The position numbers and the translations under genes are program-made. From positions 1 to 42,580 of IMG/VR virus record IMGVR_UViG_2917393062_000002: 42,580 nt of DNA. The stretch is one strand, 5' to 3'. The DNA is from a virus (lineage: Duplodnaviria > Heunggongvirae > Uroviricota > Caudoviricetes). Shown piece by piece: positions 36,233-42,580 of the stretch (positions are counted from its first letter, which is position 1; every line of letters starts with the position of its first letter). The notes beneath the pieces are model-generated. The model was given only the letters and a program-made list of their open reading frames with translations. It made no database searches and was not told the origin of the DNA.

Positions 36233-36586
36233 ATGAATGGTGTGAACTGCCGGACAGGGAAGCGTCTGTCCGGTGCGGCGCATCTGCGCCAGTCTGTCAG
36301 CGATATTCTGAACACGCCAGTGGGAAGCCGTGTTCTGGTCAGGGATTACGGCAGCGATCTTTTTGAATTGCTGGACTCTCCCCGGGATGACCTGTTGAGG
36401 CTGCGCATAATAGCTGCCACGGCGACGGCGCTGGCACGCTGGGAGCCCCGGCTGAAAGTGTCAAAAGTGATCGTAACGTTTCCGGAGGATGAGGCCGGAT
36501 GTGTGGTGGATATCATGGGGACGAATACGGAAACCGGTACACAGGTGACAACAGGAGGAATAACCGTTTATGGCAGAAAGTTATGA
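36233..36586 (+). CDS. Baseplate wedge protein W (GPW/gp25-like)
   Basis: 117 aa; gp25-like motif (ILNTPVGSRVLVRDYGS). Confidence 0.65.
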   Translation: MNGVNCRTGKRLSGAAHLRQSVSDILNTPVGSRVLVRDYGSDLFELLDSPRDDLLRLRIIAATATALARWEPRLKVSKVIVTFPEDEAGCVVDIMGTNTETGTQVTTGGITVYGRKL

Positions 36587-37478
36587 TGTGATCAATCTTT
36601 CGGATTTGCCCGTACCGGATGCCATCGTGGTGCCTGATGCGGCGGTGATTTTCGGGGCCTGGCTGGCACGTCTGCGCGAACTGGATCCTGAATTTGATGC
36701 CCTGGTGGAATCCGACCCGGCTTACAAGCAGGGCGAAGTGACAGCCTTTCAGCTTACCCTGGCTTTTCAGCGGGTGAATGATGCTGTGCGGGCCGTTTTT
36801 CTGGCAAGTGCGCAGAATGCCGATCTCGATCAGATTGGCGCGGCGTTCAATGTCGGACGTATGGTGATTGTTCCGGCAAATCCGGATGCCGTGCCTCCGA
36901 CGGATGCGGTTATGGAAGAGGACGACGCTTTTCGCGAACGCATTCAGTTGTCCTGGTCGCAACTGAATACTGCAGGCGCCCGCAATGCTTATCGTTTTCA
37001 TGCCCGTTCTGCTGATGAAGATGTGCTGGATGCTGATGCCTATGGTCCGGAAGAGCACGGGCGTGCGGGGGAGGTGGATGTCTACGTATTGTCCCGTGAA
37101 GGAAATGGCACTGCCAGCGAGGCGTTGCTGGATGCGGTCAGTGCGCGGCTGAATGCTGATGAAATTCGTCCGCTGACGGATTTTGTGACGGTGAAAAGCG
37201 CCATTATTAATGACTATACCGTGACGGCTGAGCTGGAAATACCGGACGGTCCGGATGCCGGTGAAGTGCTGGAAAATGCGAAAAACACGCTGATGTCTTA
37301 TACCCGGCTGGCAAACCGGATTAATGGCATGGTGCCGCTGTCCGCTATTTACGCAGCACTGCAACAGACCGGTGTGGCGCGGGTTATTCTGTCCAGTCCC
37401 CGGGCTGATATTGAACCGGCAACCGGTACGGCTCCCCGTTGTGCCGCCGTTAATGTGACGCGCAGAGAGGTGTGGTGA
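36570..37478 (+). CDS. Baseplate protein J-like
   Basis: 302 aa; follows W in P2-like order; overlapping start/stop coupling. Confidence 0.65.
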   Translation: MAESYDVINLSDLPVPDAIVVPDAAVIFGAWLARLRELDPEFDALVESDPAYKQGEVTAFQLTLAFQRVNDAVRAVFLASAQNADLDQIGAAFNVGRMVIVPANPDAVPPTDAVMEEDDAFRERIQLSWSQLNTAGARNAYRFHARSADEDVLDADAYGPEEHGRAGEVDVYVLSREGNGTASEALLDAVSARLNADEIRPLTDFVTVKSAIINDYTVTAELEIPDGPDAGEVLENAKNTLMSYTRLANRINGMVPLSAIYAALQQTGVARVILSSPRADIEPATGTAPRCAAVNVTRREVW

Positions 37479-38032
37479 TGACAGAGACGTTTCGCTCACT
37501 TCTGCCGCCTTCCGCTGTCAGGCCGGAGCGGTCACAGGAGCAGGCCACAACAGAAAGTATCCTGACGCTTGATGCGGATATGGTCAGAAAGGTGAAAAAT
37601 CCGGATACCTGTCCGTTGCATCTGTTGCCGTGGCTGGCATGGGAGTTTGCTGTGGATTTCTGGCAGGACGACTGGAGCGAAGAGCAGAAGCGGCAGATTT
37701 TACGTGATGCGGCATATGTACATCAGCACCGGGGGACGGCGGGGGCGGTGCTGCGGGCGCTTGGTGCGGTTGGTGTTCCGGCAGCAATCAAAGAGTGGTG
37801 GCAGGATTCACCGCGCAAAAAACCGTACACTTTTCGTGTGGAGCTGTTTTTGCGGGAAGGGGCTGACAGTGTGCTTTACAGTCGGGTCAGGACGCTGGTC
37901 ATTAAGGCCAAGAATTTACGCAGCGGCCTGAGCACCATTGACGTAAATACGGATATCGGAAAGGACAGCCAGTTTTATGTTGGTGGCGCGGTGACCGCGC
38001 ATATTGATGTGGTGATTGAGGCGGGAGAATAA
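37472..38032 (+). CDS. Tail protein I (P2 gpI-like)
   Basis: 186 aa between J and fibre gene. Confidence 0.6.
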   Translation: MVMTETFRSLLPPSAVRPERSQEQATTESILTLDADMVRKVKNPDTCPLHLLPWLAWEFAVDFWQDDWSEEQKRQILRDAAYVHQHRGTAGAVLRALGAVGVPAAIKEWWQDSPRKKPYTFRVELFLREGADSVLYSRVRTLVIKAKNLRSGLSTIDVNTDIGKDSQFYVGGAVTAHIDVVIEAGE

Positions 38033-38033
38033 C

Positions 38034-39289
38034 GTGACCACGAAACATTGCAGTATTCTGACAAACAAGGGAAAGGCGCTGGAGGCAGCGTCTGCGGCGG
38101 GTGGTGCGCCGGTCGTATTAGACAAGTTTGTGGTGGGAGACGGAAACGGAAATGCTGTCACGCCAGAGGCAGGGCAGACGGCTCTGGTCAGGGAAGTTTA
38201 TCGCGGCACCATATCACGTCTGGCGGTCTCGCCTGAGCAGGAAAACCAGTTTATTGCGTATCTTGTGCTGCCGGAGGGCGTGGGGGGATTTACGGTCAGG
38301 GAAGCGGGGCTGCTGACCACCGATGGTGAGCTTTATGCCGTCGGAAGTTGTGCTGCCATTGAGAAACCGAAAAATGGTGTGACAGCCACACTGCAGTTCC
38401 GGCTGGCAGTGGCTGAAAGCGCGCAGGTTACACTGAAGGTGGCAACCGGAGATGGTCTGTTTCTGCGACAGAACAGGAATCTTTCGGATGTGGAAGACAG
38501 GGATGAGGCTGTTGAAAACCTCGGATTAAAACCCACGGTGGACAAGGCAAAAAATGCCGTTCAACGTTCCGGCGATAAAATGTCCGGAGAGCTGAAAATT
38601 GGCACGGTTAATGCGCTCAGGATATTTGATGCAGCATTCGGCCTTATTTTTCGTCGTTCGGAAGAGCACCTGCATCTCATACCTACCGGGAAAATCAGGG
38701 GGAAGAAGGCGATATTGGCCCACTGCGACCGTTCAGCATTAACCTGCGGACGGGTGAAGTTTCCATGTCTCACCCGGTATCTGTTGGCGGCGGTTCGAAA
38801 GTAAACGGTGCATTAGGTATCGGCGTTCAGAACGCACTGGGCGGAAGCTCAATAGCTATCGGCGATAACGACACCGGCCTTAAATATAACAGCGACGGCG
38901 TTCTGGATGTTTATGCAAACAACCAGGCAGTATTTCGTTTTCTTAATAATGAAAATTACAGCCTGAAGTCGTTAAAAGTCATCGGGAACAGTGCTGCAAC
39001 AGGGAAATTGCAGGCTGGCAACGCAGAGCTTGCCACAGACGGTAACGTGTATGGCAGCGCATGGGGCGGCTGGTTATCGGCTTATCTGCAAAATAAAGTG
39101 GGTGTGCAGGACATGCGTCTTGGTGGTTATCAACAGATGGGCAGTACAGGCTCAAACCTGGCCCCTTCTGGTTATGTCAGTGTGGGTGGCTATTGCTACG
39201 GAGACTGGGATAACTCTGCCGACGGGTGGTTTATCCGCCCCCTTCAGAAACTGATTAACGGAACCTGGTATAACGTCGCGAGTATGTAA
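38034..39289 (+). pseudogene. Tail fibre (P2 gpH-like) reading frame broken by a 1-nt frameshift at a G5 tract (38698..38702)
   Basis: Frame 0 (38034..38804) carries the H-like N-terminus; frame -1 is open from 38630 and carries the conserved C-terminus (ALGGSSIAIGDNDTGLKYNSDGVLDVYANNQ...LINGTWYNVASM); one extra G would fuse them as ...KIRGEEGDIGPLRPF... Confidence 0.6.
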
Positions 39290-39291
39290 TT

Positions 39292-39837
39292 ATGCTGCAT
39301 TTAAAAAATATCCGGACAGGGAATCCTAAAACGCCCGAACAATATGAGTTAACTAAAAGATACGGTGTTGAGTGGTTGTATACAGAATCCGGTGAAAACT
39401 GGTATGAAATCCAGAAAAATTTTTCACCTGACACATTAAAAGTTGAATATCTGGATACAGGGAAAGTTACCTGGGTTGGAAAAGATGCCGCGTCAATTAA
39501 TCCCAGGAACAGGAGTGTAATTGAAATTGCAGATAACACAGCTAACCGACAAATTGACATGTCGGGTTACTGGTTTTACCGGGATGGTCAATTCATATTT
39601 GACTACGGTAAAAAGGCAGAAGATGAGCGGGTGAGAAAGCTCAAGGATATAAAGCGGTTAACCGCAGACCGGGAAACAGACCTGCTGCTGGGGTTAATCA
39701 GTGACGAAGACAGGGAGAAGCTGAAAGCGTACCGCATTTATGCGAAATCGCTGCAGGCGCTGGATTTCAGCACTATTACCGATAAAACCTCATACAGAGC
39801 CATTGAATGGCCCGTCTCTCCGGAAGTCTCTTCCTGA
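39292..39837 (+). CDS. Tail fibre assembly protein (gpG/Tfa-like)
   Basis: 181 aa immediately after the fibre gene (TAATTATG junction). Confidence 0.6.
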   Translation: MLHLKNIRTGNPKTPEQYELTKRYGVEWLYTESGENWYEIQKNFSPDTLKVEYLDTGKVTWVGKDAASINPRNRSVIEIADNTANRQIDMSGYWFYRDGQFIFDYGKKAEDERVRKLKDIKRLTADRETDLLLGLISDEDREKLKAYRIYAKSLQALDFSTITDKTSYRAIEWPVSPEVSS

Positions 39838-39860
39838 TTTAATTAATCGCGAGAAAAACT

Positions 39861-41483
39861 ATGTCTGTAGTGATATCAGGTGCGCTGATTGATGGCGCAG
39901 GCATCCCCATGTCCGGATGCCACATAATTCTGAAATCCCGGGTAAACACCTCAGAAGTGGTGATGCGCACAGTTGCTGACGTGGTGACCGGAAATAATGG
40001 GGAATATTCGTTCGAGGCACAGCTCGGGAAATACTGTGTTTATCTCAGGCAATGGATTAAAGATGATTATGAATATTGTGTTGGAGATATTGCTGTATAC
40101 GATGACTCAAAGCCCGGCACGCTGAATGATTTTCTGACCGCTCTTGATGAAGGCGACCTCAAACCCGATGTGGTGAAACGCTTTGAGGAAATGATGGCGC
40201 AGGCGCAGCAGAGCGCGGAAGCGGCAGCGGAAAGCGAGCAGCAGGCAGGGCAACACGCAGCTGATGCGCAGAAGATTAAGGATGATTGCCAGACGCTGGC
40301 GGATAACGTACAGCAGAATGCAGAAGTCGTAGCAGCCAGCAAACAGCAAGTTGAACAGCTGGCCTCAGAAGTTGAGCTGAACGCCGGGCAGGTGCAGCAG
40401 GGCGTGCAGAATGTTACTGATGCGGTAAAAAAGGCGCAGCAGGCAGCAAAGAATTCTGCTGACAGTGCCACTGACTCAAAAAACAGTGCTGACAATGCGG
40501 CACTGAGCGAACAGAACGCACAAAAACACGCGCAGAAAGCAGAACAACACGAGCAGCAGACTCAACAATATGCGCAGGATGCAGCGACAGCCGCAGAATC
40601 CGCAGAGAACGCCAAAGGCGAAATTGACGAAATTCTGGAGGGTGGGTATCTCAAGATAAAAAACAACTTTCAGGAAATTGTTGATGCTGGCCCGTCAGCA
40701 CTGGCTCAGGCCCAATGGAATTTACAGATTTCCGGGGTAAAAAATAAACAGGTAATTACCACCCCTTATACATGGCCAGCCAGAACCGAATATGAACAAA
40801 GGGTGCATCTGCCACTCGCCGGGGCTTACGGATTTGGCTACACATTTGAAGACCAAAGCCAGGGGCGAATAAATTTTCATGAGGGCTATACGGCGTCGTG
40901 GTGGTCACAGTGGGCGAAACCTGGTCGTTATTACGTCAGCGCCAGTGATAAAGAATACCTCGCACCTGAAGGAGACAAGTGGGGGATTGTTGATTTGCTG
41001 TGGCTTAATGGCAGCGGATATAACGATGCTTCGAAGGTTCTGAAAATACTGGCTTTTTACGATAATGACGGATGCTTGCACATCGGCAGGCGTATTGCTC
41101 AGAGCAACTCGACAATAAGCTGGCGCAAGCTGGCATCGCTTACTGATGTCCGGGCCATGCTGTATTCGTTTAACAGTAATTATAACAATGAGTGGCGCGA
41201 CCCGGCGCAGCCAGGAAGTTTAATTCTGGCGTCATACCAGGGAACCGCTGACGGCGACACAAATATTAAAGTATCCCGTGGTCAGACTTACCCCGGCTCA
41301 CGACTTGCACCTGTGGCGATAGAGTGCCCGTTCACCCCGTCTGGTACGTATGCGGCAACACCGCGATTCTATATTACCGGCTGCAAGAGCAAATCACTCC
41401 CCGGAACCTATGTTTCACTGTCTGGAGCACCCACAACATACAGCGACCAGGCTTTTGTTGCGCTATTCATGAGGATTGCATGA
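39861..41483 (+). CDS. Side tail fibre protein (lambda Stf-like), coiled-coil rich
   Basis: 540 aa; conserved Stf-like N-terminus (MSVVISGALIDGAGIPMSGC...), long Q/A-rich coiled-coil, globular C-terminus. Confidence 0.6.
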   Translation: MSVVISGALIDGAGIPMSGCHIILKSRVNTSEVVMRTVADVVTGNNGEYSFEAQLGKYCVYLRQWIKDDYEYCVGDIAVYDDSKPGTLNDFLTALDEGDLKPDVVKRFEEMMAQAQQSAEAAAESEQQAGQHAADAQKIKDDCQTLADNVQQNAEVVAASKQQVEQLASEVELNAGQVQQGVQNVTDAVKKAQQAAKNSADSATDSKNSADNAALSEQNAQKHAQKAEQHEQQTQQYAQDAATAAESAENAKGEIDEILEGGYLKIKNNFQEIVDAGPSALAQAQWNLQISGVKNKQVITTPYTWPARTEYEQRVHLPLAGAYGFGYTFEDQSQGRINFHEGYTASWWSQWAKPGRYYVSASDKEYLAPEGDKWGIVDLLWLNGSGYNDASKVLKILAFYDNDGCLHIGRRIAQSNSTISWRKLASLTDVRAMLYSFNSNYNNEWRDPAQPGSLILASYQGTADGDTNIKVSRGQTYPGSRLAPVAIECPFTPSGTYAATPRFYITGCKSKSLPGTYVSLSGAPTTYSDQAFVALFMRIA

Positions 41484-42088
41484 TGCAAGTGAAAGAAATT
41501 ACGAATCCCCGCTATACCGAATCCGGCGCAATTGACTGCGACGTTTTGTTTGAAGGGATGGATACCCCCATCCCCTACACAGCCACGGCAGAAGATACAG
41601 CAGAGACAGGCCAGCACATCTGGCAGGAACTACAAAGTGGCAAATGGGGCGAAATTGCCCCGTTCAGCGTCACGCCGGAAATGCTGGAAGCAGCAAAAGC
41701 CGCTAAACGCCAGGAAATCGAGGCATGGCGCACAGAACAGGAGGCGCAGCCGTTCACATGCGAATGGAACGGTCGTACCTGGAATGCGGGGCCGGACTCG
41801 ATGGCGCGTATTGCACCCGTGGTAATGGCTGCAAAATCTGATGCGGCACGGGACGTGATGACGTGGGGTGACGCCGATAATCAACAGGTGCAACTGTCGA
41901 TGTCTGAGCTGGAAGAACTGGCGGCAGCAATGGCGCAGGCACAGGCCGATCGCAATGACGAGATTTATCAACGCCAGCGTGAGATGAAGGAAGAACTGAA
42001 TAATCTGGAGGATTTACACTCAATCAGAGAGATGACAATCAACGGTCAGTCAGAGCAGGAAAACCAGCAGGCTTCTGCTAAACAGTAA
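41480..42088 (+). CDS. Tail fibre assembly protein (Tfa-like)
   Basis: ATG overlapping Stf stop; about 202 aa; C-terminal DEIYQRQREMKEELNNLEDL motif. Confidence 0.6.
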   Translation: MMQVKEITNPRYTESGAIDCDVLFEGMDTPIPYTATAEDTAETGQHIWQELQSGKWGEIAPFSVTPEMLEAAKAAKRQEIEAWRTEQEAQPFTCEWNGRTWNAGPDSMARIAPVVMAAKSDAARDVMTWGDADNQQVQLSMSELEELAAAMAQAQADRNDEIYQRQREMKEELNNLEDLHSIREMTINGQSEQENQQASAKQ

Positions 42089-42469
42089 AAAAAAGCCCCG
42101 TCTTCAGCAAGTGATAACGAGGCCTCAGGCATGGCTAACAGGTCGCTACACAAGACGGGGTAACATAATAATTCTGAACAAACATACTGACAAACGGGAT
42201 ATTTCAGCTAAAGGCGCAACAAAAACCGGGCGTTGGGTTGATGCTGCGTCTGACAGGTGAATTTACCGATAGCGCGATAAAATAAATCTCCTGTCACCAT
42301 TTATTGTAGAAATGTTTATCAGTCATGCTTATGAGATAAATACACAAAACGATGTGAAAATTTGACCTAAAACAAGGTCGGGCTGAAAAGAGCCTTGTGC
42401 GGTTTTGCGAACACAAAAATGGATTCACGCTGTATGCAAGGACACGCAGTGGCTGGCTATTGCACAGTT

Positions 42470-42580
42470 CTGTTGAACGATGAAATTTATCAGTGCCAAC
42501 GCGAGATGAAAGATGAACTGAACAACCTGGAGGATTTGCGCTTAATCAGAAAACTGGTCATTAGCTCAGAAAAACTTTGA
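42470..42580 (+). pseudogene. Remnant of a second tfa 3' end
   Basis: ...DEIYQCQREMKDELNNLEDLRLIRKL... about 75% nt identity to the 3' end of 41480..42088, with no matching N-terminal part. Confidence 0.35.

Overview
This window looks like the late half of an enterobacterial lambdoid prophage, read left to right on the + strand: replication P-like gene, nin-like region with a YdfU-like protein, RusA and a Q antiterminator; a secreted-protein moron and tRNA-Thr/tRNA-Gly; a lysis cassette with a GH108 endolysin; terS and terL; lambda-like W, portal and a protease-capsid fusion; then a P2-like contractile tail (V, sheath, tube, E, tape measure, U, X, D, W, J, I, H, G) and a second Stf/Tfa fibre pair. 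The main finding is that terL is split in two (11704..12699 and 22700..23827) by a ~10 kb insertion flanked by a 7-bp direct repeat (CTGGATG). The insertion has the makeup of a satellite or phage-inducible island: P4-type integrase, AlpA-like and Bro-N proteins, a small repressor-like gene with palindromic operators, a primase/helicase followed by an iteron origin, an SSB, and its own copies of the helper's protease-capsid fusion and small terminase. Removing it at the repeat rejoins terL in frame. A conserved ~50-90 bp element occurs three times, upstream of the helper terS, the island capsid gene and the island terS. All calls are from reading the sequence and ORF track by eye; no database search was run, so family names are recollection-based and most minus-strand ORFs are treated as shadows.
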